Below, one piece after another: positions 50,969-60,956 of a stretch of DNA of 64,000 nucleotides. The number at the start of each line of letters is the position of its first letter. Position 1 is the first letter of the stretch. The position numbers and the translations under genes were made by a program. This stretch comes from Candidatus Dojkabacteria bacterium (GTDB lineage Bacteria; Patescibacteriota; Dojkabacteria; J137), in contig AP024679.1 in assembly GCA_025999215.1 (NCBI GenBank), positions 229,645 to 293,644 of the forward strand, read 5' to 3'. The notes beneath the pieces were generated by a model, which was not told the origin of the DNA, did no database searches, and saw only the letters and a list, made by a program, of their open reading frames with translations.

Positions 50969-51430
50969 ATGACATTAATAAAAATCATTTATGCCTCTAC
51001 TTCTGGCAACACCGAGTTAGTTTGTGAATTTATAGCAGATATTTTGCAAAAAGAAAATTTTTCAGTGCAACTTTTTAGATCGGAATTGTGTGATGTTCAA
51101 GTATTTGATGATTCTAAGTTTTTTATTCTAGCTACCTCTACCTGGGAACATGGTGAAGTTAATCCTTATTTTACAAATTTGCTTAATTCAATGATGCAAT
51201 ATGATTTTTCAAATAAATTTGCGGGTTTTATAGGCTTGGGTGATGTACGTTACGAGCCCGTTTTTTTTACTAGAGGTATAGATGAGATAGAAAAAGTTTT
51301 CACAGCGAATTCTGGCACTAAGCTCTGTGAAACTTTAAGAATTAACGGTGAACCTCATGATCAGCTTGAAGAACTAGTTATCCCTTGGGTTAAAATTTTT
51401 AAAAATCAAATTTTGCAAAATGAAAAATAG
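50969..51430 (+). CDS. flavodoxin
   Basis: IIYASTSGNTE FMN-binding loop; 153 aa. Confidence 0.7.
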   Translation: MTLIKIIYASTSGNTELVCEFIADILQKENFSVQLFRSELCDVQVFDDSKFFILATSTWEHGEVNPYFTNLLNSMMQYDFSNKFAGFIGLGDVRYEPVFFTRGIDEIEKVFTANSGTKLCETLRINGEPHDQLEELVIPWVKIFKNQILQNEK

Positions 51431-53141
51431 GTTTTCAGTTAAAATTGTAGGTGAATCGGGACAAGGTATTAATTTAATGGGAGAAGTTTTGAGTAAAGCT
51501 TTTTTAGAGCTTGGTTATTATGTTTTTGGTTATAGAGAATACCCTTCTTTGATAAAAGGAGGAAGCGCTTCATATCAGTTAGATATTTCAGCTCAAAATA
51601 TAAATTCTTCTTTTAAATCTTCCAACGTGATTATCGGTTTGAGCAGGATTGCATTAAGCCAATATTTAAGTGATATATCAGATGGTGGGTTAATAGTTCA
51701 TAATGTTGTTAAATTTCAAAAGAGTGAAGCTGAGAATCATATTTTAAAATCTAAAAATGCAAGCGAAGAATTTATTGATACTAATTCTTTGCTAGACAAA
51801 TTAAATTTAAATTACAGATACGCCAATACATTTTTGGTAAGTTTAATCTGGGCTAGGCTAGGTTTTGATGTTGAAATTCTGCAAGAAATTTTTAAAGAAT
51901 ACTTTAAAGAACGAGATGATATTTTAGAAAATAACTTGACATGCATTAACTTGGGTTTTGAGGAGGGATCTAATCAAAGTTTAGTTGAGCATGGATTAGA
52001 TAAGCCAGAAAAAAAAGCAAATTTAGAAATAATGACGGGAAATGAAGCGATTGCGCGAAGCGCAATCGCTTGTGGTGTAAGAGCTTTTTATGCTTATCCA
52101 ATGACTCCTGCATCAAGTATTTTAGAATATCTGGCAAACAATGCCATTAATACCGGGATGATAGTAAAACAAGCAGAAGATGAAATAACCGCAGCGCAAA
52201 TGACTTTGGGGAGTATGTTTATGGGAACACGAGCCATGACAGCTACATCTGGAGGAGGTTTTGATTTAATGACTGAAACCATATCTCTCGCAGGCATGAC
52301 GGAAACACCTTTTGTATGCGTTTTAGCACAAAGGCCGGGACCTGCCACTGGTTTACCAACCTGGACCCAAGCAGGTGACTTGAATTTAGCTATTTTTGCA
52401 GGGCATGGTGAATTTCCTAGATGCGTTTTAGCATGTAGCGACTTGGAGTCTTGTCATAGGCTTACTCAACAGGCGTTTAATATTGCTGAGTATTTTCAGA
52501 TTCCAGTTATAGTTTTGACGGAAAAACATATTGCAGAATCGTACTTTACCAAAGATACAAATTTTGAAAATTTGCCAATTATACGTAACTTGGTGGAAGG
52601 TAAGGCGCTTGAGAAGCTTTCACCAAATGATAGATATCAGTTTACAGATTCTGGAGTTTCTAAAAGATGGGTGATTGGAGCGAGTAAAGCAACTTTTTTA
52701 GCTAATAGTGATGAACACTCTGAAGATGGTTCTGTAACTGAAGATGCAAGTTTGGCGCAACAAATGTATGAAAAAAGAATGAAAAAGTACACTGGACTAC
52801 TGAAAGTCATTCCAGAACCAACTCTTTTTGGAAAAACTTCGGGAGAATTTTTGCTGATTGGTTGGGGAAGCGTTAAGTTATCTGTTTTAGATGCAATAAA
52901 TTTTGCTGATAAAAATGTTTCTTATCTTCACCTTGAGGTGCTTCACCCATTAGATATAGCTAAGTTATCTAATATTATGGGTAGATTCAAAAAGTATATT
53001 GCAATTGAACAAAATTATCTAGGTCAAATGTCTAAAATTTTAGAAATGGAATTAAAGATAAGTTTCACTGATAAATGGTTGAAGTATGATGGTAGACCTT
53101 TTTTTGTAGATGAAGTTATTAAATATATTAATAAATTATAA
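51420..53141 (+). CDS. porA: 2-oxoacid (pyruvate):ferredoxin oxidoreductase, fused gamma-alpha subunit
   Basis: The N-terminal gamma-like domain is followed by the alpha domain (NEAIARSAIACGVRAFYAYPMTPAS). Confidence 0.8.
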   Translation: MKNRFSVKIVGESGQGINLMGEVLSKAFLELGYYVFGYREYPSLIKGGSASYQLDISAQNINSSFKSSNVIIGLSRIALSQYLSDISDGGLIVHNVVKFQKSEAENHILKSKNASEEFIDTNSLLDKLNLNYRYANTFLVSLIWARLGFDVEILQEIFKEYFKERDDILENNLTCINLGFEEGSNQSLVEHGLDKPEKKANLEIMTGNEAIARSAIACGVRAFYAYPMTPASSILEYLANNAINTGMIVKQAEDEITAAQMTLGSMFMGTRAMTATSGGGFDLMTETISLAGMTETPFVCVLAQRPGPATGLPTWTQAGDLNLAIFAGHGEFPRCVLACSDLESCHRLTQQAFNIAEYFQIPVIVLTEKHIAESYFTKDTNFENLPIIRNLVEGKALEKLSPNDRYQFTDSGVSKRWVIGASKATFLANSDEHSEDGSVTEDASLAQQMYEKRMKKYTGLLKVIPEPTLFGKTSGEFLLIGWGSVKLSVLDAINFADKNVSYLHLEVLHPLDIAKLSNIMGRFKKYIAIEQNYLGQMSKILEMELKISFTDKWLKYDGRPFFVDEVIKYINKL

Positions 53142-53994
53142 AATGTGTAATGGATGCAAAGTGAAATACAGCGATTATTACAGCGATAATATTTATACAT
53201 GGTGCACGAATTGTGGTAACTACGCTATTCATCAAGCGTTAAAGAGATCTTTAGTAAAATTAAAAATACCACCTTATCAAGTTTTATTATGTTTTGATAT
53301 AGGATGTCATGGAAATGGAGCAGATAAAATCGGCGGTTATAGATTTCATGGGTTGCATGGAAGAGTTATACCTTTTGCTGTAGGAGCTCACTTAGCTAAT
53401 CACAAAATGCCAGTTATCGCTTTTGGAGGAGATGGCGGCACTTTAGATGAAGGAATTAATCATTTAATTCATGCTGTAAGGTCTAATTATAATATAACTT
53501 TCATTCTTCATAACAATGGAAACTTTGGTTTGACCAAGGGGCAAGTGACTCCGACATCACCCAAAGGTCTAGCGATGAATTCAAATCCTTTTGGGCTCAT
53601 TGAAGATCAGATAAATGTTTGTAAATTTTTATTAAATTTGGAGCCTAGTTTTGTTGCGCGTACTTTTTCCGGTAATATTCATCAAATGGAGCGAGTGTTT
53701 GTAGATGCTATTACACACAAAGGATTTAGTTTTGTGGAAATTTTGCAAGCATGCCCAACGTATAACAAAGTAAACACTCATGAAAAAATATATTCAAAAG
53801 TCTACGATGTAGATGAACTGGATGATTACGATCCTCAAAATTTGTCGCAAGCCTTAAAAGTATCTAGCGATTTGGATAATAAAATAGCTACAGGTGTTTT
53901 GTATTTTAACAAGACAAAGAAAGATTTTTATTCTAGACTACCTCAAAGACTAAATCGAAATAAAGCTTTAATCGATGAGGTAAAAAATTATTAG
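53110..53994 (+). CDS. porB: 2-oxoacid:ferredoxin oxidoreductase beta subunit (TPP-binding)
   Basis: CxxC...GCHGNG and the GDGG TPP motif; it overlaps porA. Confidence 0.8.
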   Translation: MKLLNILINYKMCNGCKVKYSDYYSDNIYTWCTNCGNYAIHQALKRSLVKLKIPPYQVLLCFDIGCHGNGADKIGGYRFHGLHGRVIPFAVGAHLANHKMPVIAFGGDGGTLDEGINHLIHAVRSNYNITFILHNNGNFGLTKGQVTPTSPKGLAMNSNPFGLIEDQINVCKFLLNLEPSFVARTFSGNIHQMERVFVDAITHKGFSFVEILQACPTYNKVNTHEKIYSKVYDVDELDDYDPQNLSQALKVSSDLDNKIATGVLYFNKTKKDFYSRLPQRLNRNKALIDEVKNY

Positions 53995-56100
53995 TTATTT
54001 TTTCACAAAAATTTTGAGATCTACGCAGTAACATTTGTCAGGAGTGAGCATCATTGGGTTGATGTCTATAGATTCAATTTCCGGATAAGTTTGTACAATT
54101 TTTTGCAATTTTTGTAATGTTTCAAGTATCAAATTTAGATCATATTTGATACCACCCCGATAGCCGTTAAGAATTTTATAAACATCTGTTGATTTTATAG
54201 ATTTTTCTATTATTTCTTTTGTAGCTGGTACTATGAATGAAGAAGTATCTTTGAAAACTTCCGCATAAATACCACCATGTCCGAATAAAATCAAATGTCC
54301 GAAACCGTGTCCGAAATTTGTATACACATTGCTGTCACCATCTCGTATCGCACCAGACATCAATTCTATTTTAGAATTTACAAATTCTTGTATTAATAAC
54401 TCTTCGCTTTTGCCATATTTTTGACAAAGTGACATTAGTTTGTTGAAGGAGTGTTTGAGTGCTTCTTTTGAGTTGATGTCCAAATAAATGGCTTTGTATT
54501 CTGTTTTGTGGGGAAGCGACTCAGTAGTTACTTTTAATACAACAGGAAAACCTAATTTATTCACAAAATCTATGGCTTCATCAAAAGTATGAATTATTTC
54601 TTCTTGCGGTAGCGTCAATCCAAACTCTCTAGCAATACTTTTTGATAGCATTTCCGGTAGAGGTTCTGTTTGAACGGTCGCAATTTTAGACAAAATATTT
54701 TTATATTTCCCTATTTTTAGGTTAAGTTTTGGTATTTTATAAGAGTTCTTATTGTAAAAATTAAAATTTATTCCATGTTTGATGGCTTTGACAGCAAGAC
54801 TTGCAAATTTATAACCTGCGATTTTTCTATCATCTAAGCGCTCAAGCGCATCATCCATATATTTATCACCTAGTAAAATTGGAACTATACATTTTTTAGA
54901 TTTGAAAGATATTTCTGAAATTATTTTGACAGTTTCCTCTATTTGAGTTACATATTGCGGACTGATTAAAACAAATATAATATCAACTTTTTTTGATTTT
55001 TCTAAAATATTTAGAGCTTGTGCATACCGTGAAGCATCAGCATCACCTAGGATATCAATAGGATTGTGCACACTTGCGTTTGAAGGGAGAATTTTTTGCA
55101 ATTCTTTTTCAATTTCAGACTCTAGTTTCGCAGTAACTATGTTTTCATTCGATAGTAGGTCTAGTAGCATTACAGCGGGACCACCAGCATTTGTTAAAAT
55201 TGCCGTCTTACTTCCTTTCGGTATTTTACTTCTTTCAAAAAATAAAAGAGTAGCAAAAAGTTCTTCAATGCTATCTACCAAATTTACTCCAGCTTGAGTT
55301 AATGCTGTGGATGTTATTACATTGTTTGTAGCGAGCGATCCTGTGTGAGAATGTATAGCTTTTTGGGAAGCTTCTCCCTTTCCGGTATTTAGTATTACAA
55401 TTGGCTTGTTTGCTTTGCTTGCTATTTTTACAAAGTCATTTCCGTCATAAAAATCTTCAAGATAACCACCTATCACTGATACTTCGGGATCGTTTATCCA
55501 TGCGTTTAAAATTTCATTCTCGTTAATATCTATTTTGTTTCCAAGAGAGACAAAATATTTAAATCCCAAGTTTCGTGACTGCGCCATATCAAGAAGTGCG
55601 GTATTTATAGCGCCCGATTGTGAGAAAAATGCAATTTTGCCTGAAATTGCATTCACAGCAGAAAAGGAAGCATTCATTTTATTGTGTGTGGAAGTAATTC
55701 CCAAACAATTTGGTCCAAGTATTCTTATTCCATACTTTTGAGCAATTTCTTTAAGTTCTAATTCTCTCTTCAAACCGTCTTGTCCGCTTTCTCTAAAACC
55801 TGCTGTAATGATTATCGCCAAGCTTACTTTTTTTTCTCCCGCTTCAATTAAAACATCTTTAACATAATCTGTAGGTATTGCTATGACTACCGCATCAATT
55901 TTTTCAGGAATATCAAGTATGCTCTTGTAAACTTTTTTTCCAAACAAATTTTTGTATTTTGGATTAACAAAGTAAATGCTTCCTTTAAATTCGGAATTTA
56001 TTAAGTTATTGTAAATTACCGTACTAAGTTTATGAGGGCTTGATGAAATTCCAATTATAGCTATGTTTTTGGGAGAAAATACTTTGTTTAGATCACTCAT
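53995..56100 (-). CDS. acd: acetyl-CoA synthetase (ADP-forming), fused alpha-beta
   Basis: N-terminal CoA-binding domain (NIAIIGIS), succinyl-CoA-synthetase-like domains and a C-terminal ATP-grasp. Confidence 0.8.
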   Translation of the reverse strand: MSDLNKVFSPKNIAIIGISSSPHKLSTVIYNNLINSEFKGSIYFVNPKYKNLFGKKVYKSILDIPEKIDAVVIAIPTDYVKDVLIEAGEKKVSLAIIITAGFRESGQDGLKRELELKEIAQKYGIRILGPNCLGITSTHNKMNASFSAVNAISGKIAFFSQSGAINTALLDMAQSRNLGFKYFVSLGNKIDINENEILNAWINDPEVSVIGGYLEDFYDGNDFVKIASKANKPIVILNTGKGEASQKAIHSHTGSLATNNVITSTALTQAGVNLVDSIEELFATLLFFERSKIPKGSKTAILTNAGGPAVMLLDLLSNENIVTAKLESEIEKELQKILPSNASVHNPIDILGDADASRYAQALNILEKSKKVDIIFVLISPQYVTQIEETVKIISEISFKSKKCIVPILLGDKYMDDALERLDDRKIAGYKFASLAVKAIKHGINFNFYNKNSYKIPKLNLKIGKYKNILSKIATVQTEPLPEMLSKSIAREFGLTLPQEEIIHTFDEAIDFVNKLGFPVVLKVTTESLPHKTEYKAIYLDINSKEALKHSFNKLMSLCQKYGKSEELLIQEFVNSKIELMSGAIRDGDSNVYTNFGHGFGHLILFGHGGIYAEVFKDTSSFIVPATKEIIEKSIKSTDVYKILNGYRGGIKYDLNLILETLQKLQKIVQTYPEIESIDINPMMLTPDKCYCVDLKIFVKK

Positions 56101-56194
56101 AAATTCATTTTACATTTTTTTCTAAAATTACTCAAAAAAGTTGTCTAACATAACTAAAATTGAATTTATATTTAAATAATTGTAAAATTGAGTC

Positions 56195-57247
56195 ATGAAT
56201 TTAGAAATTGTACAAATTAGTAAAGATAGTTTATATGATTTAGCTTTGGTATTTGCTATTGTTTTTCTAGTAGCCATGGGTCTTTATTTGGCAAAAGTAA
56301 CTATAAAATTAGTGCTTGAAAAAATCCAAATTACGAATGAATCGAAATTATTTTTCTTCCAAAAATTTTTTCAAAGGATAAATATTTGGCTTTTTATTGC
56401 TGTTGGATTCTTTGTTGCAAGTAGGATGGTTGAAGTAAAAAAAGAACTTGAAACTTTATTCTTTGTAATTGTTGTGGTGTTGCTTGGCTATCATGCAATA
56501 TATTTTCTGAATTATGTTTTGAGTGAAGCGTTGATTAAAACTTTGAGCAGGGATAACGATGATTATTCCGATTTTCAAGAAGATAAAACTGTTGTTAGGT
56601 TTATAAGCGTTGTGTTTAGAAGTTTGATGTGGGGGTTGCTTGTAATAATAATTTTACAAAACATTGGTTACAACGTCTCAGCATTACTTGGAGGACTTGG
56701 AATTGTAGGTTTGGCTGTGGCTTTTGCGGTGCAAAACATACTTGAAGATATATTTTCCTTCTTGTCTATTTATTTTGATAAGCCTTTTAGGGTCGGCGAC
56801 TTTATAACTATAAATCAAGATTCTGGAACAATTCAGAAAATTGGAATCAAAACTACCAGAATAAAAACTTTAGAAGGGCAAGAATTAATTGTTTCTAATA
56901 AAGAGTTAACCTCCATAAGAATTAATAATTATAAAAGAATGGATGAGAGGCGAGTTCAGTTTCAAATAGGTGTAGAGTATTCAACTAGCAATTCGAAACT
57001 AAAACAAGTTAATAAAATAATAGAAGGTATTTTTGATGAGTTGAAAATTGCTTATCTTGATAGAGTGCATTTCAAAGAATTTGGAGATTTTGCGTTAATT
57101 TTTGAAGTTGTTTACTATGTTAAGTCTCCAGATTACAAAGTTTACATGGATGTTCAACAAAAAATAAATTTTGAAATAAAAGAAAGATTTGAAAAAGAGC
57201 AGATTGAAATGGCTTTCCCTACTCAAAAAATTATTCTACAAAAATAA
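56195..57247 (+). CDS. mscS: mechanosensitive channel, MscS family
   Basis: TM helices plus the MscS beta-domain (FRVGDFITI...GTIQKIGIKTTRIKTLEGQELIVSNKEL). Confidence 0.7.
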   Translation: MNLEIVQISKDSLYDLALVFAIVFLVAMGLYLAKVTIKLVLEKIQITNESKLFFFQKFFQRINIWLFIAVGFFVASRMVEVKKELETLFFVIVVVLLGYHAIYFLNYVLSEALIKTLSRDNDDYSDFQEDKTVVRFISVVFRSLMWGLLVIIILQNIGYNVSALLGGLGIVGLAVAFAVQNILEDIFSFLSIYFDKPFRVGDFITINQDSGTIQKIGIKTTRIKTLEGQELIVSNKELTSIRINNYKRMDERRVQFQIGVEYSTSNSKLKQVNKIIEGIFDELKIAYLDRVHFKEFGDFALIFEVVYYVKSPDYKVYMDVQQKINFEIKERFEKEQIEMAFPTQKIILQK

Positions 57248-57248
57248 G

Positions 57249-57737
57249 TTAATTTCGTTTGTTTAGTTTTGCAACATATTCCACAAAAGTAATTAACAAA
57301 ACTATACCTAAAATTGCTAATATCAAGTAATTTATAGTATCTTGCGGTTGAAAGATTCTGTATAGATCAAGAATAAGATCTCGCATAACGCAAAGCCATC
57401 CTGAATGATCTTTGGGTAAAATTTTTAAAATCACTAAAGCAAAAACTTTAAACATTGATAAAGGAAATATCGCATTTGTGATAGAGCGTTGATAAAGAAG
57501 TTTGATAGAGTATTTTTCATCAAAATACTCACCGAGTTCTAAAACAAACGAATAAATTAAAAGTGTTCCTAACATCAAAAGAACTAGAGTTAAGAGTGCC
57601 AAAATTACTTCTGCTAGTGTAGAATTTTCAATAAAAAGAACACTAACGGGAAGATAAATTGCGCTGAATATGAAAAAAGCTCTTTCAGCATCATTTAGTT
57701 TGAAGATGTTTTTGCGGCTTTTTTTGAATATTTTCAA
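57249..57737 (-). CDS. hypothetical membrane protein
   Basis: Hydrophobic 162-aa ORF. Confidence 0.3.
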   Translation of the reverse strand: MKIFKKSRKNIFKLNDAERAFFIFSAIYLPVSVLFIENSTLAEVILALLTLVLLMLGTLLIYSFVLELGEYFDEKYSIKLLYQRSITNAIFPLSMFKVFALVILKILPKDHSGWLCVMRDLILDLYRIFQPQDTINYLILAILGIVLLITFVEYVAKLNKRN

Positions 57738-57781
57738 TTTGTTTTAAACTTAAAAACTTAAATTTTCTAATTATATCAATT

Positions 57782-58543
57782 TTAGTTGTTTTCCCAAAGA
57801 TTTTCAAAAAATTTTTTCTCGAGATATGTAATACTTTCAAGTGACAACTCAATAGTGTTTTCTTTGCTTAGTATCAGCGTTTCACCGCCACATAAGAGTA
57901 TTGTTTGGGTTAGATTAAAGTCTTCTGTGTTTACCATTTTTGTTTGAAAATTTCCTCTAAATTCTAGGTAAAATTTTTTAATTTCTGAGTTAATAGCTAA
58001 TTTGGTAAGTAGCTTTGGAGTGTAGATTTCCTTGATTACAGATTTTGTTTGCACAATTGATTCAAAAAAAACGACTGTTTGATCTACCCCTAAAATTTCT
58101 TCCCAAGTCTGAGCCAAAAATACCAAAATTTCTTTGTTTTTTATTAACTTTTGCGCTATTAATTTTGAAAAATTATTTACCGGATAGGTTTTACAAAAAT
58201 CAATACTTTGATTTGATTGAGACATGTAGACTTTAATGTCGGGTAAAAGAGTTTGCAGTGTTTTGGCTTTGTAAAGCTTGTTTGAAACAAGTTGTTTTAG
58301 ATTTTCAAAGCTTGCAATTTTGGCTTTAATTGCTTTGTTTTCTTTGTAAATTTCTACAATTCCTTGATTTTTTAATTTTTCACATATTCTGTAGGTGGTG
58401 GTTCTGTTTATGCCTGATCTTTTTGATAAGTTAAGCATTGTCTGTGGGCCTTCTTGAATTAAGACAAAGCATATTTTAGATTCTTCTTCGTCAAGATCAA
58501 GATTGTTGAGAAAATCTATTAATTGCAGGTTTGTAGTGTTCAT
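57782..58543 (-). CDS. TrmB-like winged-helix transcriptional regulator
   Basis: N-terminal wHTH (TMLNLSKRSGINRTTTYRICEKLKNQGIVE). Confidence 0.45.
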   Translation of the reverse strand: MNTTNLQLIDFLNNLDLDEEESKICFVLIQEGPQTMLNLSKRSGINRTTTYRICEKLKNQGIVEIYKENKAIKAKIASFENLKQLVSNKLYKAKTLQTLLPDIKVYMSQSNQSIDFCKTYPVNNFSKLIAQKLIKNKEILVFLAQTWEEILGVDQTVVFFESIVQTKSVIKEIYTPKLLTKLAINSEIKKFYLEFRGNFQTKMVNTEDFNLTQTILLCGGETLILSKENTIELSLESITYLEKKFFENLWENN

Positions 58544-58650
58544 GTTTTAAACAAGTTGTGGTAATTTATAATTATTACTATTGTATACAATATTTTAAAA
58601 TGTTGCAATAGTGAACAATTTTTTTGTTTAAGGTATGTTAAAATATTTAT

Positions 58651-59703
58651 ATGAAAAATTTCTTAATATTTTTTGGGTTTTTAATTGGATTCGTTGGAGG
58701 GTATGTAGGTATAAATTTTTTGAACTCAAATACCTCACAAGTTAATTTAGAAAATCAAGATTTAAACGTAGTTAGTTTTGAAAAAATAGAGACTTTAAAA
58801 AATAAGGAAGAAACATCTAATCAAAATGTTAATTTGCCGCAACCTGAAGATCAAACTGTAAGGTTAGCGATAGTAGGAGATATAAGTTTTGTTGGGCTTA
58901 CAGGCGAGTATATGCTTGAGTCTGGAGCAACACCTTTCCAGTTCGTTTGGGAGGAATTTGATAAATATGATTTGGTTATAGGAAATTTGGAAACTAACAT
59001 TTCGGAGCCTGGAATTGGTTCTCCTCAGCCTGGTAAAAATTATACTTTCAATTCTCCGATTGAATCGCTTGATAAAATGAAGGGCAATTTAGATGTTGTG
59101 TCCCTAGCAAATAATCATACTAACGATTACGGTAGCCAAGCTCTTTTGAGGCAAATTGAATTGTTAAATGAAAATGGCATTGTAAGTTTTGGAGCTGGCA
59201 AAGACATAGATGAAGCTTTTGAGATTAAGATTGTTGAAGTAAAGGGTTTGAGGATAGGTTTTATGGGAGTTAATTCAATTGAAGGTTATTATCAAGATGT
59301 TCGATCTGGTAGAGCTGGAAGTGCATATTTTGATGAGAATTTAATTAAATCTAGTATCGAGAAGTATAAAGATAGGTATGATTTTTTGATTGTGATGCCA
59401 CATTGGGGAGTAGAGCATCAAGAGGTTGCAAATTCATGGCAAAGGTCTTGGGCGCGAAAATTTGTGGAGTGGGGAGCTGATTTGATAGTTGGCGCGCATC
59501 CTCATGTGGTGCAAGATGAGGAAGTTATAGATGGTGTTCCAGTTTATTATTCACTAGGCAACTTTATTTTTAGCGGGTTTGGATGGAACCCTAAGGCTAT
59601 TGAGAGTTTTATACTTGGAATTGAAATTAAGGATGGAAAAATAGTAAACACTTCAAAAACAAATGTAAAACTTACTTACCACGGCTTCCCTGAAATTATT
59701 TAA
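58651..59703 (+). CDS. capA: CapA/PgsA-family metallophosphatase (poly-gamma-glutamate capsule synthesis protein-like)
   Basis: RLAIVGDISF, GNLETNIS, LANNHTNDYG and MPHWGVE motifs. Confidence 0.7.
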   Translation: MKNFLIFFGFLIGFVGGYVGINFLNSNTSQVNLENQDLNVVSFEKIETLKNKEETSNQNVNLPQPEDQTVRLAIVGDISFVGLTGEYMLESGATPFQFVWEEFDKYDLVIGNLETNISEPGIGSPQPGKNYTFNSPIESLDKMKGNLDVVSLANNHTNDYGSQALLRQIELLNENGIVSFGAGKDIDEAFEIKIVEVKGLRIGFMGVNSIEGYYQDVRSGRAGSAYFDENLIKSSIEKYKDRYDFLIVMPHWGVEHQEVANSWQRSWARKFVEWGADLIVGAHPHVVQDEEVIDGVPVYYSLGNFIFSGFGWNPKAIESFILGIEIKDGKIVNTSKTNVKLTYHGFPEII

Positions 59704-59705
59704 AG

Positions 59706-59734
59706 TTGACATTTTAAAGTGACAGTGGTATAAT
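59706..59734 (+). promoter_or_regulatory. consensus sigma-70 promoter TTGACA-17nt-TATAAT upstream of the tandem paralogs
   Basis: TTGACA at 59706-59711, 17-nt spacer, TATAAT at 59729-59734; the ORF starts at 59745. Confidence 0.5.
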
Positions 59735-59744
59735 TGGTCGCTTA

Positions 59745-60914
59745 TTGTTTTTTTTTATGGGAGAATGTCCTCATCATGAACCACAATTTAAAAGAGGTGG
59801 TAGTTTTTTCGATGCAGAAGTAGTAGGAAATGGATTAAATAAGATAAAGTCTTGTGTTGATAGTTTCGAATCTTATGAAACTTTGAAAGAGAGTACAAAT
59901 GAATATAGGGAATTTAAAAATACAGTTCAAAGTATTTTAGAGTCAAAAAGGACAAAACTTTTGATAAGGTTTTTTGAATTACCTAGCATAAGTGAAGCTT
60001 ACTTAACGAGTGGAATAAATTATAAAGAAATTAAAATACCTCCAGAATTACAACCATACGAAGGGCTTGTTTTGGCAAGAATTCATATCGTTCTTGATAA
60101 TTATTTTAGTCAAGTCAATCAACAACTTGCCAATGTGCTTGGTGATGTTGATGGATCTCGTGATAATTTACTAACTACACCAGATTATATCCTCGAACAA
60201 ATATTCAGTTTCTTTAAAACAAAAGGTGATGAAGTTAATCAACAAAATTTTACAGAATTTTTAAATAATTTAGCCAGAACAGAGGAAAATGATTTACAAT
60301 TTTTAACTAGTGCATTTTCAATGTTGGTTTTTGCAGATGAAAATTATGAGGTGATTAATGATGATAATATACTGACTTTTGTTGAAGTATTTACAGTGAT
60401 TTATTTAAGTTTGTTTTTTGCCAAAAATAAATATGGAAAAATAGATAAACCGCAAGATTTAAATAACCTAGATTTATGGAATATTATTTTACAAGAAAAA
60501 AATTTATCTAAAATTATTAGTTTAATTTCTGAAGTTTTGATATATAACATCAACGGAGTTTGGGCTAGCATGATGAGAGAATTGGGGCTTAAGAATGGTG
60601 TTTATAAAGATTTTTATGGTGGTATTAATTTTGCAAATGATCTTGATTTAAATAGATTTTTAGGTGCGTTAGATTCTGTTTATCCTGGTCTTAGATTATC
60701 TTGGGATGAAAATGGTAATTTTGATTATGAATTTTCAGAAAAAAATATGAGTAATCATAAGTCTAATGTTGTTAGTGCTCAAGGTGGTATTTGTCCTGCT
60801 TTAATTGCATCTGAAGGTCCAGAGTTTTTAAAAGCGATATTTAGTTATCTTCTTCAGCGTGGAGTGATTGATTATATCTTAAATCCTTATACTAGAAGCT
60901 ATTTCGAACAATAA
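59745..60914 (+). CDS. hypothetical protein, paralog A (389 aa)
   Basis: It shares blocks with the next gene (NGVWASMMRELGL vs NGSWAEMVRILNL; GGICPALIAS vs GGRCPANVTI; LSWDENGNFDYEFSEKN vs ISWQLTNGKWELSFSYKD). Confidence 0.4.
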   Translation: MFFFMGECPHHEPQFKRGGSFFDAEVVGNGLNKIKSCVDSFESYETLKESTNEYREFKNTVQSILESKRTKLLIRFFELPSISEAYLTSGINYKEIKIPPELQPYEGLVLARIHIVLDNYFSQVNQQLANVLGDVDGSRDNLLTTPDYILEQIFSFFKTKGDEVNQQNFTEFLNNLARTEENDLQFLTSAFSMLVFADENYEVINDDNILTFVEVFTVIYLSLFFAKNKYGKIDKPQDLNNLDLWNIILQEKNLSKIISLISEVLIYNINGVWASMMRELGLKNGVYKDFYGGINFANDLDLNRFLGALDSVYPGLRLSWDENGNFDYEFSEKNMSNHKSNVVSAQGGICPALIASEGPEFLKAIFSYLLQRGVIDYILNPYTRSYFEQ

Positions 60915-60956
60915 ATAAATTTTTTAGTTATATAACATTTCATTCTTTTTTAATCT

